A DNA stretch of 64,000 nt, from NCBI GenBank assembly GCA_021513715.1, contig CP084167.1:2560001-2624000 (forward strand), read 5' to 3'. A program made the translations under genes and the position numbers. The DNA comes from Candidatus Heimdallarchaeum endolithica. GTDB lineage: Archaea > Asgardarchaeota > Heimdallarchaeia > Heimdallarchaeales > Heimdallarchaeaceae. Each line of letters opens with the position of its first letter. The first letter of the stretch is position 1. Shown piece after piece: positions 38,020-48,685 of this stretch. Below the pieces are notes generated by a model. The model saw only the letters and a list, made by a program, of their open reading frames with translations, was not told the origin of the DNA and made no database searches.

Positions 38020-40251
38020 TTATGTTCGTTTATACATGAATCTGTCCCAATTGTTGGCTGTTGGTATCTCTGCTGGTAATCCTTTTCTTTCTCTGATGCT
38101 GGCGATAACCTCTTGTTCAAGGTTTGTTGGTACTGGTTCGAAACCTAAAAATTGATAACCAAAGAAAGCTTTTCCTGAACTTTCACTACGGATCTCATCA
38201 GCTAAGTGAATTGTTTCAGCAGTAGGAACCTTGCCTTTGAGTTTAGTGTTTTCTCCCTCTGTAGTCATGTCAAGTATCATTCCTCTATGTTGGGTAAGCA
38301 ACGCTGTTATATTTCCAATGAATTCATTAGGAACTTTTATGTCAATTTGTAATATGGGTTCTAAGAGTTGAGGGTTGGATAAAATGAAAGTGGTATGAAA
38401 ACCAGCGAGACTCATCTGGAAGATTTCACTGAAACCAGTGTGTGCAGGATCAACGTGAACAACAGCATCAGTTATTGTGAATTTTGCACCCATTAAAGGT
38501 TCTTTTGCGAGTGTAGCTCCACTAGCAAAATCATGAAAGACTTGGATGATATATTGTTGAATGTTTTCTAAACGTTGAACACCTTTAGTATTATCTACCA
38601 AAATATTAGTGTCAGCAATAGCCCAAATTCTTCTTGCTTCTCTAGCATCCCAACCTGCTTCTTCATGAAGAGTGGCTGCACGTTCTTTTCTGTCTTGATC
38701 CATATTCACTTTACCTGATTTAATAAGCTCGATTGTTTTTTCATCTAAAGGTTCAACATGAACTTCAAATCTGTTATGACCATTTGGAGATTTGGCGAAG
38801 ACATCAGGACCTCGAGTAGTGGGTCTTTCTCTGTAAACAATAATAGGATCACTTACCTCAATATCAACTTGTTCTCTAATTCTAGTAACTAGAATCTCGA
38901 TTTGTAAGGGGTCAATACCCGAGAGCACATAGGTTTTAGACTCTTCATCATGGCGAAAAGCAGCTGTAGGGTCTGCCATAATCCATTTGGATACAACTTC
39001 TCCTAATTTAGCTATGTCTTGTGGGTCTTTAGGCTTGATGGTACGGCTGACAACAGGTTCAGCAACATAGGAAATTTCCTCAAATGGATGTATTTTACCA
39101 ATATCTTTAGCATTAATGAAAGTTTCACCAGCAGGGCAGATGAAACCGAAGATGGCAAAAAGATTTCCTGCAGGGATTTCATCAACATCAAGAATATCTG
39201 TAATTTCCATTACTCCTAAACGTTTAATGTTAGTTTTGTCTTTTTTACCAACCAAGTATAGTGTGTCAGATTTACGAAGAGTACCACTATAAACACGACC
39301 AATTAAAGTAGGACGCTTAGATTTGGGTTCAATGAAGATTTTGGTAATCATGCCCATTAAAGGACCGTTGGGGTCAGCATTAAGTAAAGCCTTTCCTTGA
39401 GGACTTTCGAGATCTCCTGACCAAATGTTAGGGATTTTAACTTTTTGACCATCCTCAGGATTGGGTAAATGTTTGATAACCATCTCAAGTAAAGGTTCCT
39501 CTAGAGGAAGATTTTTGCGTAGCCATTCTTTATCGTTTTGATTGTATTTTTCAAAAATATCTTGAGGTTTGATCTTTAGGCGTTTTAAAGTGGACATGTT
39601 GAATGCCCAACCATCTTTGGCTGAACCAATTGCTACAGAGTCATCAGTAAACTTTACACGCCATTTTTTCGCTAATTCTTTAGGTGCATTAGCTTCAATA
39701 AGTTTGTTTACTTCAGTAATAATAGCATCAATTCTGCTAAAAACTTGATCAGGTTTTAAACGAAGTTCAGAAATAAGACGGTCAACCTTGTTAATGTATA
39801 AAACAGGTTTACACATTTCTCCAATAGACAAACGAATATTGGTTTCTGTTTGAGTCATAACTCCTTCAAGAGCATCAACTAAAAGAATAACGCCATCAGA
39901 CCCACGAAGAGCACGACTAACTTCACCAGTAAAACTAATGTGTCCTGGAGTGTCATTAATCTCCATTAAATAACGTTTAGTTTCACCATTTTCATCTGTA
40001 TACTCGTAATCAAGAAGAACAACAGAAGTAAAAATGGTAATACCACGTTCTTGTTCTTCTTGATCTGAATCCATCATAACTTTTTTACCAGCGTCTGCAT
40101 CAGACATGAGTCCAGCTTTTCTTAATAGATAATCGCTTGTTGTTGTTTTTCCATGATCTATGTGAGCTGCGATACTGAACACTCTTCTTAGTTCATTTGG
40201 GTGCTCTTTGATCATTTGTCTAATATCGTCAGCATTTTTTACTTTAACCAT
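38020..40251 (-). CDS. fusA: Translation elongation factor EF-2 family GTPase, probably the divergent archaeal paralog (aEF-2p)
   Basis: AHIDHGKTT, RGITI, DTPGH, NKVD, KSPNGHNR, LLEPI; diphthamide loop reads HVDPAHTG; no flanking ribosomal protein genes. Confidence 0.88.
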   Translation of the reverse strand: MVKVKNADDIRQMIKEHPNELRRVFSIAAHIDHGKTTTSDYLLRKAGLMSDADAGKKVMMDSDQEEQERGITIFTSVVLLDYEYTDENGETKRYLMEINDTPGHISFTGEVSRALRGSDGVILLVDALEGVMTQTETNIRLSIGEMCKPVLYINKVDRLISELRLKPDQVFSRIDAIITEVNKLIEANAPKELAKKWRVKFTDDSVAIGSAKDGWAFNMSTLKRLKIKPQDIFEKYNQNDKEWLRKNLPLEEPLLEMVIKHLPNPEDGQKVKIPNIWSGDLESPQGKALLNADPNGPLMGMITKIFIEPKSKRPTLIGRVYSGTLRKSDTLYLVGKKDKTNIKRLGVMEITDILDVDEIPAGNLFAIFGFICPAGETFINAKDIGKIHPFEEISYVAEPVVSRTIKPKDPQDIAKLGEVVSKWIMADPTAAFRHDEESKTYVLSGIDPLQIEILVTRIREQVDIEVSDPIIVYRERPTTRGPDVFAKSPNGHNRFEVHVEPLDEKTIELIKSGKVNMDQDRKERAATLHEEAGWDAREARRIWAIADTNILVDNTKGVQRLENIQQYIIQVFHDFASGATLAKEPLMGAKFTITDAVVHVDPAHTGFSEIFQMSLAGFHTTFILSNPQLLEPILQIDIKVPNEFIGNITALLTQHRGMILDMTTEGENTKLKGKVPTAETIHLADEIRSESSGKAFFGYQFLGFEPVPTNLEQEVIASIRERKGLPAEIPTANNWDRFMYKRT

Positions 40252-40500
40252 AATTTTTCACCATTATTTAACATTAGTACTAATCATAAGTTTACTAATT
40301 GCTTTTCATTAAGTTGAGCGAACTTTCAAAATTTGAATTATAAAGTTAATGATTATATAGTTCTTTCTTTGAGTGTACTATTTGTTGCTAGTAAATCAAG
40401 CATTCAAATTATGTTTTCTTCTCCTAGTTTAACTAAAAAATATTTGGTTTTTTTATTTCTTTAACAATAAGAGTTAAGAATTTCTCTTCTATTTTAACTT

Positions 40501-41655
40501 GTGCAGACTCTATATGCTCATAAAGCTTTAATTGGTGAAAATTTAGAATTAAAGAAAAGTGTCTTAATTGCTTTCTCTGAGGATGGTAATATTCAATCTT
40601 TAGATTTTGATGTAGAAAATTTCTCTGCTGATATAGTTCTGTCTAAAGATACTTTAGTTCTTCCTAGTTTTATTAATATGCATACTCATATTGGTGATTT
40701 TCTACTTAAAGATCGAGGGTTTGGTTTGTCTTTAAGAGAAGTTGTTGGTAAAAATGGAATTAAACATTCTTTTCTCACGCAGATAAGTGATGAACGTCTC
40801 CAATTTTCTTTGAAACAATCTCTTTCCCTTCTCATTTCAAATGGCTACTCTACTTTTATAGACTTTCGGGAGGGAGGAATTAAAGGCGTTTCAGCGTTAA
40901 GGAAAATCTTAAAATCATTTTCTATTCGAGGTATCATATTAGGACGTCCTTATGGTAGTGAAAAAATAGCTGATCTAGTTGGATATGTTGATGGCTTTGG
41001 TTTTTCAGATGTTTTTTCAATATTTGAAAAAGATGAATTAATAACTAACTTAAACAAAATTTGTTCTTCAAATCCTGAGTTATTGCTTTCAATACATATT
41101 GCTGAAACAAAAGAAATAGTAGAAAAATCTATACTAAAAATAGGAAAATCAGACTTCAATTACGTTATGGATAAGTTTACTCCATCTTTTATTGTTCATT
41201 GTAACTATATTACGGAAGATGAAGAATTTCGTAAAATTAAAGAGCATAAATTAGGTGTTGTCTGTTGTCCTCTAACAGCTTCATATTTTGGACTAAGATT
41301 TCCTCCAATAGCTGAATGTTTGAAGTATAATATTCCTCTTGCTCTAGGGACAGATAATATAATGATTGCTGACGTTAATCCTTTCTTTCTTTTGCGTTTT
41401 ACTCTTCTAAGTTTATCTTCTAAAGGCGTTTTTCTTTCTCCTAAAGCTCTCCTGAAAACACTTACTGTTAACCCTGGGTTAATGCTTAACAAGAAAATAG
41501 GTCAAATTTCTCCAGGTTACAAAGCTGATTTAATAGGTATAAATATGTCATCTCTAAATATTATACATTCAAGAGATATCTACAAAGCATTAGTTTTTAG
41601 GACTTCAGTTAAAGATGTAAACTTTCAAATGTTTGAAGGGCGGAAGATAAAATGA
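40501..41655 (+). CDS. Metal-dependent amidohydrolase (cytosine/adenosine deaminase-like)
   Basis: PSFINMHTHIGD, DFREGG, IHIAE, IVHC, ALGTDN, G.I.PG.KADL. Confidence 0.87.
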   Translation: MQTLYAHKALIGENLELKKSVLIAFSEDGNIQSLDFDVENFSADIVLSKDTLVLPSFINMHTHIGDFLLKDRGFGLSLREVVGKNGIKHSFLTQISDERLQFSLKQSLSLLISNGYSTFIDFREGGIKGVSALRKILKSFSIRGIILGRPYGSEKIADLVGYVDGFGFSDVFSIFEKDELITNLNKICSSNPELLLSIHIAETKEIVEKSILKIGKSDFNYVMDKFTPSFIVHCNYITEDEEFRKIKEHKLGVVCCPLTASYFGLRFPPIAECLKYNIPLALGTDNIMIADVNPFFLLRFTLLSLSSKGVFLSPKALLKTLTVNPGLMLNKKIGQISPGYKADLIGINMSSLNIIHSRDIYKALVFRTSVKDVNFQMFEGRKIK

Positions 41656-42344
41656 TAGAGGAACTTTTAAGACCAAAAGTAGTCATAAATGTTGCTTGTT
41701 CTTTAGATGGAATAATAGCAACTAATAAAGGACCTTTGGATTTGTCTAATGAAGAAGATTGGTCTCGTGTTCATACTCTACGAAATAACTCTGACGCTAT
41801 TTTAGTTGGTATTAATACAATAATTAACGATAATCCAGGATTGAAAGTTAAACACGTTAAATTAACTCCTCCTCATCCTTATAGAGTTATTCTTGATAGT
41901 TGCGCTAGAATACCTTTAGATGCTAAAGTTTTGCAAGAACAGGCTACATTTCCCACTATTTTATTTACCTCTGAAATTACTAAATCTAAATCTCTTGTAC
42001 TTAAGGAAAAAGGTGTGTCAATTGAAATTGTGAATAAAACAGAAAAAGGTTTTCTGGATCTTGGAATGATATTAGACATTCTTTATAAAAAATATAATAT
42101 TAAAAAATTAATGGTTGAGGGAGGAGGAAAAGTAGTTGCTAGTTTTATCACTTACAAGCTGGTTGATGAATTAATAATTTTTTATGCCCCCACATTTGTA
42201 GGTTCTATAGATGGGATCCCTCTTTTTCCTGTAAAGGCTAAAGAAACAATATCTGCACATGATAGAATTCAAAATTTAGATTGCAAAAAGATGGGTGATG
42301 GATTTCTCATCAAAATTCAGTATGGAGAAAACAAATGTCAATAG
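41652..42344 (+). CDS. 2,5-diamino-6-ribosylamino-4(3H)-pyrimidinone 5'-phosphate reductase (RibD C-terminal / Rib7 type)
   Basis: ACSLDG, VH.LR...DAILVGINT...DNP.L, RVILDS, LMVEGGG, LVDE. Confidence 0.9.
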   Translation: MIEELLRPKVVINVACSLDGIIATNKGPLDLSNEEDWSRVHTLRNNSDAILVGINTIINDNPGLKVKHVKLTPPHPYRVILDSCARIPLDAKVLQEQATFPTILFTSEITKSKSLVLKEKGVSIEIVNKTEKGFLDLGMILDILYKKYNIKKLMVEGGGKVVASFITYKLVDELIIFYAPTFVGSIDGIPLFPVKAKETISAHDRIQNLDCKKMGDGFLIKIQYGENKCQ

Positions 42345-43393
42345 AGGAATATCTTAACTTTATAGAAAATGAACAATGCGATCTTCTTGTTAAAGCAAAT
42401 GAAATCAGATTTAACACTTACTCGAATCAAGTGACTTTTTCAAGAAATTATTTTGTTCCTGTAACTCGGCAGTGTAGAAACAATTGCACTTACTGTAGCT
42501 TCTCAAATTCAGATGTCTCAAGTTGGGTGACCCCCTCTCAATTTCAAATACATCTAGCTGAAGCTAAAAAAAATAATTGTTTCGAACTTTTACTTACGAT
42601 GGGAGAAAAACCAGAAGAGCGCTATGAGAGTGCTAGGCAATTTCTTAAAAGATATGATTTTAATTCTTCTACAGAGTATGTTGCTTATCTTTGTGAGTTG
42701 GCGTTAGAAAAAAAAATTCTTCCTCATTCCAATTTGGGAGTGTTGGATTATGAAGAATTATCTGTGTTGAAAACAGTAAATGTTAGTATGGGGCTTATGT
42801 TGGAAAGTTCAAGTAGTCGTTTGTTAAAGAAAGGCATGCCTCATTTTAATTCTCTTGGAAAAGATCCAGTGAAACGATTAGAGACTATCGAAAATGCAGG
42901 TAAATTGAAGATACCCTTTACTACAGGTATTCTTGTTGGTATTGGAGAAACTTGGAAAGAACGTATTCAAAGTCTTTTAGATATTAGATATTTAAGTAAA
43001 AAATATGACCATATCCAAGAGGTAATAGTTCAGAATTTTAATCCTCAAAGTAACACTTTAATGAAAAATCATCCTCCTCCATCGGAAAGAGATTTTTTAC
43101 TAACTGTTGCCTTAGCAAGGTTAATACTTCCTTCAAACGTAAGTATTCAAGTACCACCTAATCTCAATATTCAAAGAATAGTTAAAGCTTTAACATATGG
43201 TGCTAACGACTTAGGAGGAATATCACCTGTAACTCCTGATTATATTAACCCTAATGAACCATGGCCCAACGAATATGAACTTAAACAACACTTAAAACAA
43301 GAGAAATTTGCTCTAATTCAAAGACTCCCTGTCTATACAAAATACATTAAGTATTTAAGTAAAGAGTTGAAAAACATCATTAATCAATTGTAA
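42335..43393 (+). CDS. cofG: FO synthase subunit 1 (radical SAM)
   Basis: VTFSRN.FVPVT..CRNNCTYCSF, LPHSNLG, SMGLMLE, IPFTTGILVGIGET, HIQEVIVQNF, QVPPNL, DLGGISP.T.DYINP. Confidence 0.93.
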   Translation: MSIEEYLNFIENEQCDLLVKANEIRFNTYSNQVTFSRNYFVPVTRQCRNNCTYCSFSNSDVSSWVTPSQFQIHLAEAKKNNCFELLLTMGEKPEERYESARQFLKRYDFNSSTEYVAYLCELALEKKILPHSNLGVLDYEELSVLKTVNVSMGLMLESSSSRLLKKGMPHFNSLGKDPVKRLETIENAGKLKIPFTTGILVGIGETWKERIQSLLDIRYLSKKYDHIQEVIVQNFNPQSNTLMKNHPPPSERDFLLTVALARLILPSNVSIQVPPNLNIQRIVKALTYGANDLGGISPVTPDYINPNEPWPNEYELKQHLKQEKFALIQRLPVYTKYIKYLSKELKNIINQL

Positions 43394-43399
43394 GGAGAA

Positions 43400-44527
43400 T
43401 TGATAAAAATAAAACTAACTCCAAAGGTTGATACTATTTTATCTTTAGAGGAAATCATTAGCAAATCTTCAGCTGATATAGAATATGTTTATTTTCTCCT
43501 TAAAAAAAGAGGTGAAAACCTCTTTTATTTAATTAAAAAAGCAGATGAGCTGCGTTTTAGATTAGTAGGCGATAAAGTAAGTTTTGTTGTTAATCATAAT
43601 ATAAATTTCACAAATTATTGTGTTGGTTCGTGTAGATTTTGTTCATTTAAAAGTAGTAAAAACTCATTGATTAAAGGATACAGGATGAGTCCTGAACAAT
43701 TTAAAGAAACAGTAAAAGATGCTATAGAAAAAGGAGTAAGTGAAATTTGCATTCAAGGGGGATTAGATCCAACTATAACATATGAATATTATTTGGAGTT
43801 AATAAAAATTGTACGTAGTATTTCTTCTACAGTTCATATTCATGCATTTTCTCCTTCTGAAGTGGCTTATATGTCTCACATTAGTGGAGAAAACGTAGAG
43901 GTGATTTTTAAAGAGTTGAAGTCTAAAGGGTTAAATTCCTTTCCTGGCACTGCTGCAGAAATACTAGATGATCAAGTCAGAAAAATTATTTGCCCTGAAA
44001 AAATAACAACGCAAGAATGGATAGATATTGTTGTAACAGGACATAACCTTGGCATTCATTCATCTTCAACTATGATGTACGGTCATATAGAATCTTTACT
44101 AGATGAAGCAAAACACTTTGTTATCCTCAAAAATATTCAAGAGGAAACAGGGATGTTTACAGAATTTGTACCTTTACCTTTTGTTCATCATAATACTCTT
44201 CTCTATAGTGATTATGGTGCTCAAGCAGGAAGTACAGGATTACATGACCTTGCAATATTCAGTACTGCGAGAGTTTACTTTAATAGTAGCATTCCTAATA
44301 TTCAAGTATCTTGGCCTAAACTCGGGTTAAAATTTGCTCAATTTTCCTTATATGCAGGCGTTAATGACTTAGGTGGAACTCTATACCACGAAAATATTTC
44401 AAAAAGTGCAGGATCAAAGTACGGAGAATTCACATCAGTTGATGATTTTATTAGATTGATTAAGGATGCAGGGAGAATTCCTGTCCAAAGAAGTACGATA
44501 TATGAGGAACTAACTTCTTATAGGTAA
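43400..44527 (+). CDS. cofH: FO synthase subunit 2 (radical SAM)
   Basis: NINFTNYCVGSCRFCSF, EICIQGG, HAFSP.E, PGTAAEIL, TMMYGH, EFVPLPF, NIQVSW.KLG, NDLGGTL..E.IS..AG; adjacent to cofG. Confidence 0.92.
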   Translation: MIKIKLTPKVDTILSLEEIISKSSADIEYVYFLLKKRGENLFYLIKKADELRFRLVGDKVSFVVNHNINFTNYCVGSCRFCSFKSSKNSLIKGYRMSPEQFKETVKDAIEKGVSEICIQGGLDPTITYEYYLELIKIVRSISSTVHIHAFSPSEVAYMSHISGENVEVIFKELKSKGLNSFPGTAAEILDDQVRKIICPEKITTQEWIDIVVTGHNLGIHSSSTMMYGHIESLLDEAKHFVILKNIQEETGMFTEFVPLPFVHHNTLLYSDYGAQAGSTGLHDLAIFSTARVYFNSSIPNIQVSWPKLGLKFAQFSLYAGVNDLGGTLYHENISKSAGSKYGEFTSVDDFIRLIKDAGRIPVQRSTIYEELTSYR

Positions 44528-44636
44528 AGAAGCCCCTTTTGTTTTTCTTTATATTTTATTTTATCTTTCTACTATTAACGTTCAAAGAGTAAAATAACAT
44601 TTTTATGTAATGGTTTCTACTTTAGAATAGAAGTCG

Positions 44637-45497
44637 ATGTCACCTAGTAAAACAAAAGAGCCTATAAATATATTTAAAGCGCTCTCTAATCCAATTAGAA
44701 GGAATCTAGTTAGTTTTATTGGTGACAAATCAAGATATGGTGATTCTGTTTCCTTTACCCAAATTCAGCAAGAATTTAAAATGAAAGTGGGAACCTTGTA
44801 TCATCATCTTGACTCTCTGGGAGATCTGATTACTCAAGATGAGAAGAAAAAGTACTTACTTACTTCAAAAGGAGTTCAAGCTTATAATTTAATAGAAGAT
44901 AAGATTGATGCATTTGCAAAGGAAATCACCTCATTTGGACCTTTTTCTTTTCTGCACAAACTTTTTTTACGTGATTATTTCGGTAAAATTCAATCTGATC
45001 CTTTACGTTTTTTGGGAATCTCATTATTCATTTTTTCTGGGTTTGTTGTTGGTTCATATTTCTTATCTTATGGACCAATCTTTATCTTTCCAACATTAGT
45101 AAATCCACAATTTTTAACTCCAATTTTATTTGTTTTATCAACATTAGTGATTTATTTACTTTTAGAGTTTTTATCCTCTCTATTTTTCAAGAAAACGGCA
45201 GATAAATTAGCATTGTTCCAAGCTGTACTCTACTCTCAAATCCCCTTGTTTATTTTTTCAATTGTTGAATATTTTACTATAGATGTGGATTATTCAGTAT
45301 CGCCTTTAGATATCTCTATATGGCTTTTCTTACTTTTAATTTTCATTCAATTATTATTTTTAGGGATAATTATTGAAGCTCTGATTGTAATTAAAGGATT
45401 AAGAATGGAAAAAGCAGGGTTGATAGCACTATTGGTTATCTACTTACTTAATCTTTTCTCGTTTTTATTATTACGGGGGTTGGTGGTGAGTATATGA
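44637..45497 (+). CDS. ArsR-type winged-helix domain fused to a Yip1-like membrane domain
   Basis: IFKALSNPIRR...SFTQI...GTLYHHL..L..LI......Y.LT.KG, then about 5 TMs with AVLYSQIP. Confidence 0.75.
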   Translation: MSPSKTKEPINIFKALSNPIRRNLVSFIGDKSRYGDSVSFTQIQQEFKMKVGTLYHHLDSLGDLITQDEKKKYLLTSKGVQAYNLIEDKIDAFAKEITSFGPFSFLHKLFLRDYFGKIQSDPLRFLGISLFIFSGFVVGSYFLSYGPIFIFPTLVNPQFLTPILFVLSTLVIYLLLEFLSSLFFKKTADKLALFQAVLYSQIPLFIFSIVEYFTIDVDYSVSPLDISIWLFLLLIFIQLLFLGIIIEALIVIKGLRMEKAGLIALLVIYLLNLFSFLLLRGLVVSI

Positions 45498-48400
45498 AAA
45501 AGTTACAGAATTTTCGAAATAGATTCACTAACCTAATATTCGAAAAAATTCGAAATAAAGCTTTTTCAAGAGAGAAAAGTATACTCTTTCTGAGAGCGAG
45601 TAAGTTGAAAAGTGCATTATGTTCTAATCAGATTCCAATAGCCCCATCATCTCTGAAACGATACATTGCACTTTTACTCCTCTCACTTATGCTTTTCTCT
45701 TCTCCTCTTCTAGCTCGTGGATTGGCTAATAGTAGTAATCCACGAGCTCTTTCTTCCATAAATGTTTCTTCACCTTTATATCAAGAAAAATTGAGTTTTA
45801 TAGCAGGAAAGAATGATAGTTTATTGGCTAGTTTGTCATTAAAAGGAGGAAACATGGATTTTGATATGGAAATCCCATCATCAATTTTATACAAAATAAA
45901 AGATCTCTCCCTTATTGTTTCAAACCAAACTTTCTTTCAAGATGTTTGGACTAATCCTTTATGGAGATATCCAAATGGGCTGAATATATTGTTTACAATT
46001 AATTCACAAAATCCAACTGTTGTAGAAAATGCTATTCATGATATAATGACAATCATAAACAATCAATATAATGTAAGCTCAATTGTTTATTCTATTAATT
46101 CTTTTAATGAAGGAGAAACTAAAGTTTCGATCTTTTCATTCATTGACTTCTTTTTACAGAAAGAAATATTTACTGATATTTTTGGAATTAATGAGACTGT
46201 AAGTAATGGAAATTTTGTTTCTCTTTTTCATTCTCAATTATTAAAACGTCCATCTGTTTATGCCTTTGGTTTTTATCTATTTCTAAGAAATGGTAAGATT
46301 CAATATCTTACTCGAAAAGCGTTTGTGTTTATAAAAGAGAAAATTCCTGTGGTGAACAATGAACGATTGCTTGAATTAAGCTCTATACTCGGAACTTCAC
46401 TTATGCCAAATACTAATGCATTGTATTCTAATATCGATATTAGATTCCCATTTTTAGCTAATTTTACATTAGTAAGACCCTTTCCAACAAATGTTGCCCC
46501 CAAATTGTCTGGGCTCTTTCAATGGGTGCTAAAAACTCCCTTATTTGTAATTTTTCCCACCTTTAATGCTAGTTTGCATTATTACTTATCCGTTGAAGAT
46601 AGTGCAAAATTTCCAAGAGTTATCATAACTAACTCTTATTCTGATACTTTAATTGAAGAAAATGGTATCTTCAAAATGAATTATGAAGTAGAAAATATAG
46701 GGAACACTATAGCTTATAACACTACCTTGTTCTTTCCAATTCCTCGTGAACTTGAGTTCTATTCAAAAGAAAACCTTTCTGTTCCCGTTCTAAAGGACGA
46801 AATCGAAATAAATTCGAGTTTTAGTAATGAAATTAAATTGAAAATTGATATATCTTCATTAAAAGAGACAGACTTACTTCTGCGAATATTAGGTTGGTAT
46901 CAAAATGTTTCAACTAACGCATTGGAAAGATGGAATGATACTACTCAGATTCCACTATATGGGACTGAATTAACACTGATTTCAGAACATGGGTTTCCAT
47001 CTGACCTTGTTGACTTCTTATTAAACAACGTGGTTCCTGTTCTTATGAACTATACAATTGAAGAATTATATACTAACATAGATGCTGTAATTGAGAAATT
47101 ATATGAATCACTTATTTATACCTATAATACAACTTTCTACGCCTTCTATGATATGAAATCAATATTTAATTACATATCAGATGATTTTCAAATAATATAT
47201 ACTTCTTTTGGAAGTTTTCTTTATTGTATAATTCCAGAAATTGGAGTAAATGAAACTATTAGAGTAAATTGGTCAATTGAAAATATTCCAACAAAATATG
47301 ATCGAGTAGGGATATTTAACCTAACATCCGAAGCCAATGATGATCAGGTTATAAAGAAATATGCGATATTTCAAACAAAGAATACAGATTATCATACTCT
47401 TCTCATATCTAAATATTCAGAAATTGACAGTACAGGACGGATATTGAGTGATTACGATGAAATAACGAATTCATTCATTAATATTGGTACCCGATTTAAG
47501 TATTCGAACATAAATGGGGATGAATATTATGGTTTGACAAACGGTATAAATATTCAAATTGGGGATGATGAGGCCATCATAGAAAGTAAATTGACTACAT
47601 CTAGTTCTGTATATTCTGTTGGGGATAATATATTTTTAACATTAAATATAACTAATAGAGGACAAATACCTGCATATGATATTAATATTGAAATTGCCAA
47701 CATCAAACTAGATTTCCTATGGCAACCTAGCGACATTATAAAATTAAAGAGTTTAACGATTGATTCGATTGCTCCTAACGAAAGTTTTGTGAGGATAATT
47801 CAATTAAGAGCAAACAGTTATATCGGCTTTAATACTTATATTGCGTTTATTAGTTTTGTTTCTGACAAAGATCAATCTGGTGTTGAAGTTACTGATCCTT
47901 GGACAAATCAAACTTCAGTGTGGACATACGGTGGTGAAACAAAAAATATTGTTACTTCTACATTAGTTTCTGGATTGCTTATTCCTTCTCAGTCATTTGT
48001 GAATAAATCTAGGCCCAGTTTTCCTTTACCAGAGGTAGTGTCAAATGTTAGTTATTCACTCTCTTCCGACAATTCTACTGTAACAGTACAATATGAAATA
48101 AGCAATACTGGCTTATCAGAAGCAAACGTTTCCATCACACAATTTCTCGATAACTCAACCTACTCTTCCCTAGAATCTGTCGAAATTAGAAAAAGTGGAG
48201 CAAGTTATAATTATGTAGTTAGTAGTTACCTGACTTATATTAAATTAAATCTAATAGAGCAAGTTACTCTTCTTCCTGGAGAAAAAGTAACAATAACAGA
48301 GACTTATTCCATTAAAAACACTAAACTAGTTCTTTCACCTTTACAAATAGAGTATTATTCACTTTATGAGATAATGACAACTGACTTCCAATCAGACTAC

Positions 48401-48685
48401 ACTGATTTGGGTGAAGAAAGCACAGTTTTTGTTAGCGAGTATTTACACTTCAGCCCACTAAACGCAACTGAAAGTGATCAAGCCAAATTCAAATGGTCTT
48501 CGTATTCTGACAGCATTGACATTGATTTGCCTCCGATAGAAGAGGAACCAACAACAAATTTTGTAGTTACTTTTCCTGAAATCCACTTTATGTTTATAGT
48601 TGTGAGCGTTGGCACAGCAACAGTTGTAGTAAGTATATTTTCAATTATAAGTGCAATATTAAGAAAAAGAAAGGGATATATGTAA
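45494..48685 (+). CDS. Large surface protein with CARDB/BatD-like Ig domains and C-terminal membrane anchor
   Basis: Signal-like hydrophobic stretch; repeats YEVENIGNT.A, LNITNRG..PA, YEISNTG..EA; terminal TM + RKRK. Confidence 0.72.
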   Translation: MKKLQNFRNRFTNLIFEKIRNKAFSREKSILFLRASKLKSALCSNQIPIAPSSLKRYIALLLLSLMLFSSPLLARGLANSSNPRALSSINVSSPLYQEKLSFIAGKNDSLLASLSLKGGNMDFDMEIPSSILYKIKDLSLIVSNQTFFQDVWTNPLWRYPNGLNILFTINSQNPTVVENAIHDIMTIINNQYNVSSIVYSINSFNEGETKVSIFSFIDFFLQKEIFTDIFGINETVSNGNFVSLFHSQLLKRPSVYAFGFYLFLRNGKIQYLTRKAFVFIKEKIPVVNNERLLELSSILGTSLMPNTNALYSNIDIRFPFLANFTLVRPFPTNVAPKLSGLFQWVLKTPLFVIFPTFNASLHYYLSVEDSAKFPRVIITNSYSDTLIEENGIFKMNYEVENIGNTIAYNTTLFFPIPRELEFYSKENLSVPVLKDEIEINSSFSNEIKLKIDISSLKETDLLLRILGWYQNVSTNALERWNDTTQIPLYGTELTLISEHGFPSDLVDFLLNNVVPVLMNYTIEELYTNIDAVIEKLYESLIYTYNTTFYAFYDMKSIFNYISDDFQIIYTSFGSFLYCIIPEIGVNETIRVNWSIENIPTKYDRVGIFNLTSEANDDQVIKKYAIFQTKNTDYHTLLISKYSEIDSTGRILSDYDEITNSFINIGTRFKYSNINGDEYYGLTNGINIQIGDDEAIIESKLTTSSSVYSVGDNIFLTLNITNRGQIPAYDINIEIANIKLDFLWQPSDIIKLKSLTIDSIAPNESFVRIIQLRANSYIGFNTYIAFISFVSDKDQSGVEVTDPWTNQTSVWTYGGETKNIVTSTLVSGLLIPSQSFVNKSRPSFPLPEVVSNVSYSLSSDNSTVTVQYEISNTGLSEANVSITQFLDNSTYSSLESVEIRKSGASYNYVVSSYLTYIKLNLIEQVTLLPGEKVTITETYSIKNTKLVLSPLQIEYYSLYEIMTTDFQSDYTDLGEESTVFVSEYLHFSPLNATESDQAKFKWSSYSDSIDIDLPPIEEEPTTNFVVTFPEIHFMFIVVSVGTATVVVSIFSIISAILRKRKGYM

